Made by a program: the position numbers and the translations under genes. A stretch of DNA of 64,000 bases. Origin: an uncultured Clostridium sp. (GTDB taxonomy: Bacteria > Bacillota > Clostridia > TANB77 > CAG-508). The stretch spans positions 14,918-78,917 of the forward strand of contig CANAQC010000002.1 of the NCBI GenBank assembly GCA_947363765.1. The letters run 5' to 3'. The first letter of the stretch is position 1, and each line of letters begins with the position of its first letter. Below are positions 51,862-62,009 of the stretch, piece by piece. Under the pieces are notes generated by a model. The model made no database searches, was not told the DNA's origin, and saw only the letters and a list, made by a program, of their open reading frames with translations.

Positions 51862-53223
51862 ATGAATGCTATAAATCTAAAAGATGCATATTATCATGGA
51901 TTAGCAGGAGAAGAAGTTAGTTTTATGATGTATCCTGAAAGTGCCTTATATATTACATTGTCAAAACTAGAAGGTATTTTAAAATATAAAGGAATCTTAT
52001 CAAGAGAAAAGCAAAAAGGAATTGGAATAAATAATTTAGAATTTAATGTTCATTTAAATTTTTCTGATACTAACATTATTAACAACTATGTGTCAGTATG
52101 TAAAAAATTAGAATCCAATAATGATGGAAGTGCTTATGAAGCTTTTGTTGAAGGTAAAATATCAATTGCATTACCATATGACTTGTATAAAAAATATAAG
52201 TTTAGGAATAAACAAGAATATTCACCAGATAATGGAGAAGAACAAATACGAGATTTTATAGATATATCAGACTTTACTGCAATATTGATTGATATTGAAA
52301 ATAATACATATAAACAAATTGCTATAAAAAGAATTATAGAACTAATTAAAAAATATAATGTTTTAGATTTACCTATAATTGAAAGTAATGGAAATATTCT
52401 AATAAAGAATATAAATGATATGGAATTAGATAGTAATTGTCTAAATAAGAAACAAGAAACCAATATGTGTACAGCCTTTAAACTTATGACTTTAGATGAA
52501 GAATTACCAGACTTCTTTGTAAATTCTATGTCTGAAAAAGCATTAAAACAACTCAATATGCCAACGCAAATAACGCCAAAGCAATTTTTGGATTATATAA
52601 ACAATTCAGAATGTAGAAATATTTTTTATAATTATTTAATGACTCAAGAACATGAGATTTTTTATCAAGGTGATGACCATGACATTAAGCATTCAGATGA
52701 TGTAACTATGTTTGCATATTATATAGCTTCTAAAGAAGGCTATAAAGGAAGTAACTTACAGATTCTTTTAGAAGCTGCACGTTATCATGACATAGGTCTT
52801 ATGGATTCTACACCTAAGAACCATGGAATTGCTGGAGCAAATAAGTATATAAAGATGTGTAAAAGTAAACTTTCACCTTCTCATCAAAAAGTTGTAGCAT
52901 TTTTGATTCAAACTCATAATATGGAAAATTTAGATAATATAAGAAAATTTGCTAATAGCTTATTTCCAAATTATAATAAACAATTAATTGATGTATTATG
53001 TGACATGTCAAATATAGTAAGGGATGCAGATGCATTAGATAGAACTAGATTCCCAATATTTTCATTTGATTATTTAAATAGTAAATTATTAACACATGCA
53101 TCAGCAATAGAATTAATAGAAGTAGCGCAAACTATTAATTATAGACAGGCATTTAGACCAGCTAGAAAATGTATGGAAGATAATACTAAAGTATTAAAAT
53201 TAGATGATAATGAAGGAAGGTAG
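51862..53223 (+). CDS. fusion protein: unknown ~260-aa N-terminal region plus C-terminal HD-domain phosphohydrolase
   Basis: HD-superfamily pattern H(..IKHSDD)..ARYHDIGL..HG..THN..RDADALDR in residues ~270-420; GGAG RBS. Confidence 0.65.
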   Translation: MNAINLKDAYYHGLAGEEVSFMMYPESALYITLSKLEGILKYKGILSREKQKGIGINNLEFNVHLNFSDTNIINNYVSVCKKLESNNDGSAYEAFVEGKISIALPYDLYKKYKFRNKQEYSPDNGEEQIRDFIDISDFTAILIDIENNTYKQIAIKRIIELIKKYNVLDLPIIESNGNILIKNINDMELDSNCLNKKQETNMCTAFKLMTLDEELPDFFVNSMSEKALKQLNMPTQITPKQFLDYINNSECRNIFYNYLMTQEHEIFYQGDDHDIKHSDDVTMFAYYIASKEGYKGSNLQILLEAARYHDIGLMDSTPKNHGIAGANKYIKMCKSKLSPSHQKVVAFLIQTHNMENLDNIRKFANSLFPNYNKQLIDVLCDMSNIVRDADALDRTRFPIFSFDYLNSKLLTHASAIELIEVAQTINYRQAFRPARKCMEDNTKVLKLDDNEGR

Positions 53224-53538
53224 GAATCATCATATTATAACCAAATTGCAATTTAAAGTATAATGCAAAACAAAATTAAAATAAAAAAATATTTTTTCAT
53301 AAAGTGCAACATTTTCAAGAAAAATTGGACTTTTATATTAGTATAAGTTCAATTTTTTTTGAAAAAAATTTAAAAAATTTTTCAAAAAATGCATCATTTA
53401 AAAAATTTTTCGTGTTCTTATATATAAAGGAGGGATGCATTTGAAAAATAATAAAAATTAAAGTATTAGAATTTTTCAAAAGTAATTTTAGGACAAAAGA
53501 GATATTTTATAATCTCATTTTGCATAATATTTATAGAG

Positions 53539-53572
53539 AAATAATTTGAAAAATAAATTTTTCAAATTATTT
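53539..53572. promoter_or_regulatory. perfect 16-bp-arm palindrome AAATAATTTGAAAAAT-AA-ATTTTTCAAATTATTT abutting a TATAAT box
   Basis: Read directly. TATAAT at 53575-53580. Upstream of the small ORF/recombinase operon. Confidence 0.5.
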
Positions 53573-53630
53573 GCTATAATCGCTAAGCCTTTGAGATTTT
53601 CTCATGTTATTCGAAAACTCAAATCGGCAA

Positions 53631-53654
53631 ATCATAATCTCGAGAGATTATGAT
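53631..53654. promoter_or_regulatory. 11-bp-arm palindrome ATCATAATCTC-GA-GAGATTATGAT just before the RBS of ORF 53672
   Basis: Read directly; the GGGAGG RBS follows at 53655-53660. Confidence 0.45.
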
Positions 53655-53671
53655 GGGAGGAGTTAATTTAG

Positions 53672-53887
53672 ATGCAAATTACTTCTAATGAAATATCTAA
53701 TACAAAATATGTGCAAATTTATTTAACAGAGGATGAATTAAAGAAACAAAAAACAAAAGAAGTAATTGAAAAGTATAAACGAGAAAAATACAGTGTAGCA
53801 ATTTTTGTAACAGGAAAAGAGAATTATCCCGAGATTCTTAAAAAAATAATTACGAAACAAGTGGAACTAAATTGTAATGTATGCTAA
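53672..53887 (+). CDS. 71-aa hypothetical protein upstream of the recombinase (candidate directionality factor or regulator)
   Basis: Strong RBS. The function is inferred from position only. Confidence 0.45.
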   Translation: MQITSNEISNTKYVQIYLTEDELKKQKTKEVIEKYKREKYSVAIFVTGKENYPEILKKIITKQVELNCNVC

Positions 53888-53927
53888 CATACAAGACATA
53901 AGCAATATCAGGCAAGAAGGAGGAAAA

Positions 53928-55505
53928 ATGACAGTTGTAGGATATTGTAGATTGTCTAGAGATGAAGATAAAGAAAATTACGCAAGTATTGAAGAACAAA
54001 AAAGAATTATTAAAGATTATGCTAATACTCGTAATTGGATTATCGAGGACAAAGACTTCTACATAGATGACAATGTTTCGGGATATACCTTTAATAGACC
54101 TGAGTTTTTGAAGATGATTGAAGGGGTAAAAGGAGGAAAAATAGATGTAGTAATATCAAAGGATTTATCAAGAATTGGTAGAAATAACGGACGAGTTTTA
54201 GTTTTAATAGATGAATTTAAAAATATGCAGAAGAACTTAATATTAGTATCTGAAATGGGTGGAACTTATGATGTTCTAAATGATAGAGATGATACGATTG
54301 GAATAACAACTTGGTTTAACGAAAGATATGTAAAAGATTGCTCTAGAAAAACAAGAGATCACATGTATTCTAAACAAAAAACAGGAAGATTAGTAATGGG
54401 GAATTATTATGGATATATAAAAGATAAAGAAGATGTTACAAAGTTATATGTAGATGAAGAAATACGACCTGTTATTGAATTAATATATAAGTTATATATA
54501 GAGGAAGGTTTAGGTAGAAAGAAAATTTGCGATATTTTAAATAGTAAGTATGATTATCCTACACCATCTGTGTATTATCAAAGAAAGCATTTAGAAAGAG
54601 GAAGAATATATAAGCACCCAGTACAAAAATTATGGTCTACATATATGATAAGTAATATATTGAATAATGATGTGTATTGTGGTAATTTGCGAACACATAA
54701 AAAGAAAACAGTTTCAATAAGAGGTAGGGCAATAAAATTACCTAAAGAAGAACACTTTGTATTTGAAAATCATCATGAAGCAATAATTTCAAAAGAAACA
54801 TTTAAACTAGCACAAAAGATAAAGGAAAGAAAAGCAAAGACTAAAAGTACATCAGGAACAAGAAAAAGGAATTATTATTTTTCAGGACTTTGTAGATGTG
54901 GAGATTGTGGTTTTGGAGTAAGTGGAATAACTATAACTAGAAAACAAGGACAAAAAGGATATGAATGTTCCCAGTATAGAACTTATGGAAAAGCAAGGTG
55001 TAAATGTCATGAAATAAAAGAAAACGATATGATTATTCATCTAAAGGAATTTCTAAAATTTACTAAACAGAAATATATTGAGCAAATAGAAAAAATAGAA
55101 ATTGATACTAAAATCAATAAAGAACAAGTTAATAAAGAAAAAATTAAATTTGAGCTAGAAACACTAATGGCAGAGTATAAAGTGTTATTAAATCAAAAAG
55201 TAAAAGATTTAACATCAAGTACAAATGAATATCAAAAACAAATGATAGAAAATACATATAGAGAATTAGAAATTGATAAAACTAATCAAATAGAAAAACT
55301 ACAGCAAATTCTAAAAAAAGAAGAACAAGAAATTTCAAAAGAAAAAATAAAAAAGTTAAAAACAGCAATAGAATATTTTGATGATATTATTGAAAGTGAA
55401 ATGCCCAGTAGATATGTTTTAGAAAATATAATTGATACAATATGGATTTATAGTGATAAAACACTAAAAATTGATTTAAAAGTAGATATAGAAAAATTGG
55501 TATAA
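53928..55505 (+). CDS. large serine recombinase
   Basis: MTVVGYCRLSRDED (catalytic Ser), SKDLSRIGRN, recombinase domain, zinc ribbon (CRCGDCG...C..C) and a long coiled coil. ATG 53928 after AGGAGG is preferred over the track start at 53877. Confidence 0.9.
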   Translation: MTVVGYCRLSRDEDKENYASIEEQKRIIKDYANTRNWIIEDKDFYIDDNVSGYTFNRPEFLKMIEGVKGGKIDVVISKDLSRIGRNNGRVLVLIDEFKNMQKNLILVSEMGGTYDVLNDRDDTIGITTWFNERYVKDCSRKTRDHMYSKQKTGRLVMGNYYGYIKDKEDVTKLYVDEEIRPVIELIYKLYIEEGLGRKKICDILNSKYDYPTPSVYYQRKHLERGRIYKHPVQKLWSTYMISNILNNDVYCGNLRTHKKKTVSIRGRAIKLPKEEHFVFENHHEAIISKETFKLAQKIKERKAKTKSTSGTRKRNYYFSGLCRCGDCGFGVSGITITRKQGQKGYECSQYRTYGKARCKCHEIKENDMIIHLKEFLKFTKQKYIEQIEKIEIDTKINKEQVNKEKIKFELETLMAEYKVLLNQKVKDLTSSTNEYQKQMIENTYRELEIDKTNQIEKLQQILKKEEQEISKEKIKKLKTAIEYFDDIIESEMPSRYVLENIIDTIWIYSDKTLKIDLKVDIEKLV

Positions 55506-55520
55506 ACGTAAACTCAAAAC

Positions 55521-55582
55521 TTATTCCGATGTATCAAAATAAATGTCGAAAATCAAAAAGTTATTCCAGTGTATCAAAATAA
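55521..55582 (+). repeat. two 22-bp direct repeats TTATTCC(GA/AG)TGTATCAAAATAA spaced 40 bp apart
   Basis: 55521-55542 and 55561-55582, 20/22 identical, in the recombinase-ATPase intergenic region. Confidence 0.8.
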
Positions 55583-55631
55583 CTTTACAAAATCTTAAGC
55601 TTGTGATAAACTATACTAGAGGTGAATTGAT

Positions 55632-56834
55632 ATGCTAATTAGAGAAAAGTATTTAAATAAAATAAGAGATTTTTATAATGAAACATCTCTAATTAAAATA
55701 ATATATGGATTAAGAAGAAGTGGTAAATCAGTTATTTTAACACAAATAATGGATGAAATAAAACAACAAGGAATTGATGAACAACAAATAATGTATATAA
55801 ATTTTGAATCATTAGATTATAGTTTTATAAAAAATGCAAAAGATTTAAATGATTATATAAAAAGTCTTGCAAAAGGTAAAAGTAAATACTATGTTTTTTT
55901 AGATGAAATCCAAAAAGTAGAAGAATTTGAAAAAGGTATTAATTCTTTAAGAATTACAAATCAGTTTAGCATATTTATAACTGGTTCTAATAGTAAAATG
56001 ACTTTCTTAGAATTATCTACAGATTTATCTGGAAGATATGTAAGTTTTAGAGTTCAGCCATTAACTTTTAAAGAAATAGTAGAATTTAAGAATGTAAAAA
56101 AAGAAGATTATAAGAAACTATTATTAGACATATTTGAATGGGGCAGCCTTCCACAAAGGTTTTCTTTTGATAATGAAAGAGCAAAACTAAACTATATATC
56201 AGATGTATATGATTCAATACTTTTAAAAGATGTAGTAGAAAGATTAAATATAAAAGATATAACATCATTTAATAAAATATTACAATATGTGTTAGAAACA
56301 GAAGGTAGAGAATTTTCTGCAGTAAATGTTTTAAATTATTTAAAGAGCGAACATCATGAAATTGCTACTGACACTTTATATAATTATCTAGAGGCATTAT
56401 GTTCAACTTTTATCATGAACAAAGTTTATAGATATGATATTCAAGGGAAAAGTGTGTTAAAAACTTTAAATAAATACTATGCATCTGACTTAGGTGTTAA
56501 AAAGATTAAAATGAATAATAAAGAAGTAAATTACTCAATTTCACTAGAAAATATAGTATATAATGATTTGATTTCTAAAGGATATGAAGTATATATTGGA
56601 AAAAACAAAAAAGGCGAAGTGGATTTTGTTGCAACAAAAAATAAAGACCTAAAATATATTCAAGTAAGTTATTCATTATCTGAAGAAGAAACAAGAGAAA
56701 GAGAATTTGGAGCATATGCTGGAATTAATGATTCATATCCAAGATATATCATCTCATTAGATGAGGAAGATTACTCAAGAGATGGAATTAAACATATAAA
56801 TATATTTGATTTCTTAATGAATGATGAGTTTTAA
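55632..56834 (+). CDS. AAA+ ATPase with DUF4143-type C-terminus (COG1373-like)
   Basis: GLRRSGKS Walker A, FLDEIQ Walker B, C-terminal restriction-endonuclease-like region (EVDFV). Confidence 0.75.
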   Translation: MLIREKYLNKIRDFYNETSLIKIIYGLRRSGKSVILTQIMDEIKQQGIDEQQIMYINFESLDYSFIKNAKDLNDYIKSLAKGKSKYYVFLDEIQKVEEFEKGINSLRITNQFSIFITGSNSKMTFLELSTDLSGRYVSFRVQPLTFKEIVEFKNVKKEDYKKLLLDIFEWGSLPQRFSFDNERAKLNYISDVYDSILLKDVVERLNIKDITSFNKILQYVLETEGREFSAVNVLNYLKSEHHEIATDTLYNYLEALCSTFIMNKVYRYDIQGKSVLKTLNKYYASDLGVKKIKMNNKEVNYSISLENIVYNDLISKGYEVYIGKNKKGEVDFVATKNKDLKYIQVSYSLSEEETREREFGAYAGINDSYPRYIISLDEEDYSRDGIKHINIFDFLMNDEF

Positions 56835-56868
56835 ATAATAAAAATAATAATCCCCACATTTAGAGAGC

Positions 56869-56880
56869 TTACCCCCGTAT
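56869..56880. repeat. attR core TTACCCCCGTAT
   Basis: Second copy of the 12-mer; the prx frame continues T-P-V-C-T-T-E from here. Confidence 0.8.
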
Positions 56881-57452
56881 GTACTACTGAAATAATTGCA
56901 TTTAGTAAAGCAAATACATATTTTAGTAAACAAAATGCTTGCTTATTAGGATTAAGTGTAGATAGTAATGCCTCACATCTTGCATGGTTATATGATATTT
57001 ATTGCAAAACAGGAATAAAAGTTCCATTTCCAATTATTGCAGACAGAAATGGAACTATTGCTAGAAAATATGGCATGATATCAAATGATGTTAGCAATAC
57101 AGAAACAGTTAGAAATGTATTTATAATTGATGATAAAGGGATTGTTCGTGCGATTTTAGTCTATCCAATGAATGTAGGAAGATGTATTCCAGAAATACTA
57201 AGATTATTACAAGCATTACAAATTGCAGATTGCAACAAAGGAGCGACACCTGCAAATTGGTGTCCATATGAACCAATGATTGTACCAATGCCACAAACAT
57301 ATCAAGCTTTAGAAGAAAGAATGAATAATATTACTAAAAACAGAAATGGATTTAATTGGTATTTGAGTTTTAAACAGCCAGAACAATGTTGTAATGATAG
57401 TATAGAAGATAAAAAAACAAAACAAATTGAAACAAAGAAAGAAATAAAATAA
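56871..57452 (+). CDS. peroxiredoxin, C-terminal part (from ..TPVCTTE..)
   Basis: TPVCTTEIIAFSKANTYFSKQNACLLGLSVDS..HLAWL..PFPIIADRNGTIARKYGM... 1-Cys/Prx6-like. In frame with track ORF 57075..57452. Confidence 0.85.
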   Translation, partial: TPVCTTEIIAFSKANTYFSKQNACLLGLSVDSNASHLAWLYDIYCKTGIKVPFPIIADRNGTIARKYGMISNDVSNTETVRNVFIIDDKGIVRAILVYPMNVGRCIPEILRLLQALQIADCNKGATPANWCPYEPMIVPMPQTYQALEERMNNITKNRNGFNWYLSFKQPEQCCNDSIEDKKTKQIETKKEIK

Positions 57453-57507
57453 AAATACAAATATAAATCAAAAAAATAACCATACTAATTAAAAAGGAGG
57501 TTATTTT

Positions 57508-57675
57508 ATGAATAAAAATCAAAAAATTAATTGTACAGTAACAAGTTGCAAATATAATAAAAATCAGGAACAAGAGTGTTCATTAGAGCAAATTATTGTT
57601 ACACCATTGCAAGATTGTAATACAAAACAACCAGATGAATCAATGTGTAGTAGTTATAAATATAAACAAAATTAA
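57508..57675 (+). CDS. DUF1540 family Cys-rich small protein (not in ORF track)
   Basis: MNKNQKINCTVTSCKYNKNQEQECSLEQIIVTPLQDCNTKQPDESMCSSYKYKQN*. AAGGAGG RBS. Pattern C.V..C.YN....C.L..I.V typical of DUF1540. Confidence 0.7.
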   Translation: MNKNQKINCTVTSCKYNKNQEQECSLEQIIVTPLQDCNTKQPDESMCSSYKYKQN

Positions 57676-57905
57676 AGAAAAATTGTTTAATAAAGGTGAA
57701 GATGGGAAGATATACTTTTATAACTAAAGAAGTGATATCTTCCTTTGCTTTTGTTGATATAAAAAAATTTTACTAAAGACTTGATTTATGTTTAAAAATA
57801 TAATATAATTGCAAATATAAAAAAATACCTTATACTTAGCTTAAGGATAATACTCCTCTTTAGCCCAGTTTAAGGTAAAATATAATATTTAGGAGGAACA
57901 TAAAA

Positions 57906-58169
57906 ATGACGAAGGAAAGAAAAGAGGAAATTATTAAAACTTATAAAAGAGATGAAAAAGATACAGGTTCACCAGAAGTACAAATTGCTCTTTTAACACA
58001 AAGAATTACAGAATTAACAGAACACTTAAAAGTTCATACAAAAGATAATCATTCAAGACGTGGACTTTTAAAAATGGTAGGTAAAAGAAGAAATTTACTA
58101 AATTATTTAGCTAAAAAAGATATTGAAAGATATAGAGACATTGTTGAAAAATTAGGATTAAGAAAATAA
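57906..58169 (+). CDS. rpsO: 30S ribosomal protein S15
   Basis: 87 aa with [28 protein letters not shown]. Confidence 0.95.
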   Translation: MTKERKEEIIKTYKRDEKDTGSPEVQIALLTQRITELTEHLKVHTKDNHSRRGLLKMVGKRRNLLNYLAKKDIERYRDIVEKLGLRK

Positions 58170-58180
58170 TCTATATATAG

Positions 58181-58208
58181 TAGGACGTTTAAAGACTTAA
58201 ACGTCCTA
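58181..58208 (+). terminator. hairpin TAGGACGTTTAA-AGAC-TTAAACGTCCTA after rpsO
   Basis: 12-bp perfect stem read directly; weak T tract. Confidence 0.65.
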
Positions 58209-58405
58209 TAATGCTATTTAATAAAACTAGATATAAGTATGGTAATCTAAAATAGAAAGAGTAGCTTGTATATTGTATAAATAAATTTGAAATAATATAT
58301 TTATATCATTCATTATAAAAATTAGGTTTGTATAATATAGAGGTTACCATCTATTTAATAGATTATTAGATTATATATATGAAAAAGAAAAGGAGAAATG
58401 AAATT

Positions 58406-60526
58406 ATGTTTAAAACATTTGAAACTAACCTAGCAGGAAGAAAATTAAGTATTGAAACAGGAAAAATTGCAGAACTTGCAAATGGTAGTGTTATGGTACG
58501 CTACGGAGATACTGTTGTTATGGTAAATGTTACAGCGTCTAAAGAACCAAGAGATGGGATTGACTTTTTTCCATTATCTGTTGATTATGAAGAAAAATTA
58601 TATTCAGTAGGAAAAATTCCAGGAAGCTATCAAAAAAGAGAAGGTAGACCAGCAGACAAAGCTATTTTAACATCAAGAGCTATTGATAGACCACTTCGTC
58701 CACTATTTCCAAAAGATTTTAGAAATGATGTATGTGTTGTAGCAACTGTTCTATCTGTAGAGCCAGATAATTCACCAGAAGTAGCTGCTATGATTGGAGC
58801 ATCAGCTGCATTATCTATTTCAGATATTCCATTTGGAGGACCAACAGCAGCAGTAAATGTAGGATATGTTGACGATAAAATTATTATTAATCCAACATTA
58901 GAACAAAGAGAAAAAACAAGATTAACTTTAACTGTTGCAGGAACAAAAGAAAAAATTGCTATGATTGAAGCAGGAGCAGATGAAATACCAGATGATATTA
59001 TGTTAGAAGCAATAAAACAAGCACATATAGAAATTCAAAAACTTTGTGATTTTATTCAAAATATAAAAGAAGAAATTGGAAAACCAAAATTTGAATACAA
59101 ATCTTTTGAAGTAGACCATGATGTATATGTAGAAATTGAAGAAAAATATGCAGATAGAATGTATAAAGATGTACAAGCTGTTGATAAAGAAGTAAGAGAT
59201 GCAGCAATGGATAAACTATTAGAAGATGTAAAAGCATATTTTGTAGAAAAATATGGAGAAGAAAATGCTGAACAAAAGGCTACAGATATTGCAAATAGCT
59301 TATATAAACTAGAAAAGAAATCAGTTCGTAAAATGATTTTAGAAGAACAAAAAAGACCAGATGGAAGAAAAATTGATGAAATTAGACCACTTTCTTGTGA
59401 AGTAGGGCTATTGCCACGTGTTCATGGTAGTGCATTATTTACAAGAGGACAGACTCAAGTTATGTCTATTGTAACACTTGGAATGGCAAGTGAAGAACAA
59501 GCATTAGACGGTATTGATGAAGAAGAATCAAAACGTTATATGCACCAATATAATTTTCCATCATATAGTGTAGGAGAAGCTAGACCATCAAGAGGACCAG
59601 GAAGACGTGAAATTGGACATGGAGCATTAGCAGAAAAAGCATTAGTTCCAGTAATTCCATCAGAAGATGAATTTCCATATGCTATTCGTGTAGTATCAGA
59701 AGTGCTAAGTTCTAATGGTTCAACATCACAAGCAAGTATTTGTGGAAGTACATTAGCTTTAATGGATGCAGGTGTACCTATTAAAAGACCAGTTGCAGGT
59801 ATATCAACAGGACTTGTAACAGATGAAAATGACCCAAATCATTACATTATGCTAACAGATATACAAGGATTAGAAGACTTTTTTGGGGATATGGATTTTA
59901 AAGTAGGGGGAACTGAAAAAGGAATTACTGCTATTCAAGTAGATATTAAAATTGATGGATTAACTTATGATATTATTAAAGAAGCATTTGAAAGAACAAA
60001 AAATGCTCGTAAATATATTTTAGAAGAAGTTATGTTAAAACAAATTGAAAAACCAAGAACAGAAATATCAAAATATGCACCAAATATTACAAAAACTCTT
60101 ATTAATATTGATAAAATAAAGGATGTAATTGGACCTGGTGGAAAAATGATTAATAAAATTATTTCAGAAACAGGAGTTAAAATTGATATAGAAGAAGATG
60201 GAAGAGTATTTATTTATTCAAACGATATGGAAAATGGAAAAAAAGCATTAAAAATGGTAGAAGACATTGGGAAAGATTTAGAAGTAGGAGCAATATATGA
60301 AGGAACTGTAAGTAAAATTATGCCATTTGGGGCATTTATTGAACTTGGTGGAGCGAAAGAAGGACTTGTACACATATCTAAAATTTCTCATAAAAGAATT
60401 GAAAAAGTAGAAGATGTTTTAAAAGTAGGAGATATAGTAAAAGTAAAAGTATACGAAATTGATGACCAAGGAAGAATAAATTTAACTATGCGTGATTTAG
60501 AAGAAAAAGAAAACATAGAAGAATAA
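58406..60526 (+). CDS. pnp: polyribonucleotide nucleotidyltransferase (PNPase)
   Basis: Two RNase PH domains, KH and S1 domains. ATG 58406 after AAGGAG is preferred over the track start at 58379. Confidence 0.93.
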   Translation: MFKTFETNLAGRKLSIETGKIAELANGSVMVRYGDTVVMVNVTASKEPRDGIDFFPLSVDYEEKLYSVGKIPGSYQKREGRPADKAILTSRAIDRPLRPLFPKDFRNDVCVVATVLSVEPDNSPEVAAMIGASAALSISDIPFGGPTAAVNVGYVDDKIIINPTLEQREKTRLTLTVAGTKEKIAMIEAGADEIPDDIMLEAIKQAHIEIQKLCDFIQNIKEEIGKPKFEYKSFEVDHDVYVEIEEKYADRMYKDVQAVDKEVRDAAMDKLLEDVKAYFVEKYGEENAEQKATDIANSLYKLEKKSVRKMILEEQKRPDGRKIDEIRPLSCEVGLLPRVHGSALFTRGQTQVMSIVTLGMASEEQALDGIDEEESKRYMHQYNFPSYSVGEARPSRGPGRREIGHGALAEKALVPVIPSEDEFPYAIRVVSEVLSSNGSTSQASICGSTLALMDAGVPIKRPVAGISTGLVTDENDPNHYIMLTDIQGLEDFFGDMDFKVGGTEKGITAIQVDIKIDGLTYDIIKEAFERTKNARKYILEEVMLKQIEKPRTEISKYAPNITKTLINIDKIKDVIGPGGKMINKIISETGVKIDIEEDGRVFIYSNDMENGKKALKMVEDIGKDLEVGAIYEGTVSKIMPFGAFIELGGAKEGLVHISKISHKRIEKVEDVLKVGDIVKVKVYEIDDQGRINLTMRDLEEKENIEE

Positions 60527-60655
60527 AAAAATGAATAAATCATTAAGAAATTATAAATTTTACTCTAAAAGTTGAAAAAAATTAATAAAAATAGTATAAT
60601 AATAAAGGTAGAAAAATACACTATATAAGACAAGTAATATAAAGAGAGGTACAAA

Positions 60656-61885
60656 ATGGTATATTTATATATAATTCAACAAGCATTAGTTTGGATTGTA
60701 ACAATATTTTGGCTATATCAATTTATTGTTAGTATATGCTCTTTAGTAAAATTAAAAGATAAACCAATATTGGAAGATAAAAAAAATCGTTTTATGGCAG
60801 TTATTCCAGCACATAATGAAAATTCTGTTATTGGAAACTTAATTGAAAGTTTAAAAAAACAAGATTATCCAAAAGAATTATATGACATTTATGTAATTGC
60901 AGATAACTGTACAGATAATACAGCAGAAATTGCAAGAAATGCAGGAGCAATTGTATATGAACGATTTGATGAAAAAAATAAGACAAAAGGCCATGCACTT
61001 AATTGGTTTTTAAATAAAAAAATTGAAGAAGAAGCACCATATGATGCATTTTGCGTGTTTGATGCAGATAACATTGTAGATGAAAATTTTATAAAAAATA
61101 TGAATAAAAAACTTTGTCAAGGTGAAGATGTAGTACAAGGTTACCGTGATATTAAAAATCCAACGGATAGCTGGGTATCAGCAGGATATGCAATTTTTTA
61201 TTGGACTATGAATCGTTTTTATCATTTAGCAAGGTATAATTTAGGATTATCACCACTAATTAATGGTACAGGATTTATGGTAAAATTTGATGTTGTAAAA
61301 CCAAATGGTTGGGATACTAAAACTTTAACAGAAGATATAGAATTTTCATTAAAAAGAATTATTGTAGGTAAAAAATTAGGTTGGGCAACAGATGCTATTG
61401 TTTATGATGAACAACCAGTAGACTTTAGGCAAAGCTGGTCACAAAGATCTAGATGGACTGTAGGACATATTCAATGTATTCAAAATTATACAAAAGATTT
61501 AGCAGTAGCAACAAAGGAAAAGAAAACATTAATGAATTTTGATGGTTTTTTATACATTGTTGGAAGTATTCCAATGTTCGTATTGACCTTAGTATTACTT
61601 GCTATTAATTTTATAATGTATTTAGGAAATGGTATTTCAACTGTCGACTTAATTGTTAATATATTAAGATATCTTATTCCAACATTTTTATTACCAATTG
61701 GAACAGCAATTTTGATTATGTGTTTAGATAAAAAACCAATTAAGCCAATGTTAAAAGGTTTAGTATGTTATCCACTATTCTTGGGTTCTTGGCTATTAAT
61801 TAACTTTAAATGTTTGTTTAAAAGAGAAACTAATTGGGAAAAAATTGAACACATTCGTGATATTAAAATAAATGATGTTGCATAA
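60656..61885 (+). CDS. processive-type GT2 glycosyltransferase with C-terminal TM domain
   Basis: VIPAHNE, DADN, TEDIEFS and QRSRW motifs. Confidence 0.8.
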   Translation: MVYLYIIQQALVWIVTIFWLYQFIVSICSLVKLKDKPILEDKKNRFMAVIPAHNENSVIGNLIESLKKQDYPKELYDIYVIADNCTDNTAEIARNAGAIVYERFDEKNKTKGHALNWFLNKKIEEEAPYDAFCVFDADNIVDENFIKNMNKKLCQGEDVVQGYRDIKNPTDSWVSAGYAIFYWTMNRFYHLARYNLGLSPLINGTGFMVKFDVVKPNGWDTKTLTEDIEFSLKRIIVGKKLGWATDAIVYDEQPVDFRQSWSQRSRWTVGHIQCIQNYTKDLAVATKEKKTLMNFDGFLYIVGSIPMFVLTLVLLAINFIMYLGNGISTVDLIVNILRYLIPTFLLPIGTAILIMCLDKKPIKPMLKGLVCYPLFLGSWLLINFKCLFKRETNWEKIEHIRDIKINDVA

Positions 61886-62009
61886 ATAAAATTAAAATAG
61901 GGATATATGAAAATTATATCTCTATTTCTATAATATAAAGATTAAGTTTATGTATAAACTCACAAACTATGTGTAAAGTGTACTTTTAAGTACTTAAAGG
62001 GGAAATAAA

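Noticed and set aside
57780-57905. rpsO autoregulatory leader structure
   Set aside because: Only short (5-bp) complementary segments were found, which is not enough to call a structure.
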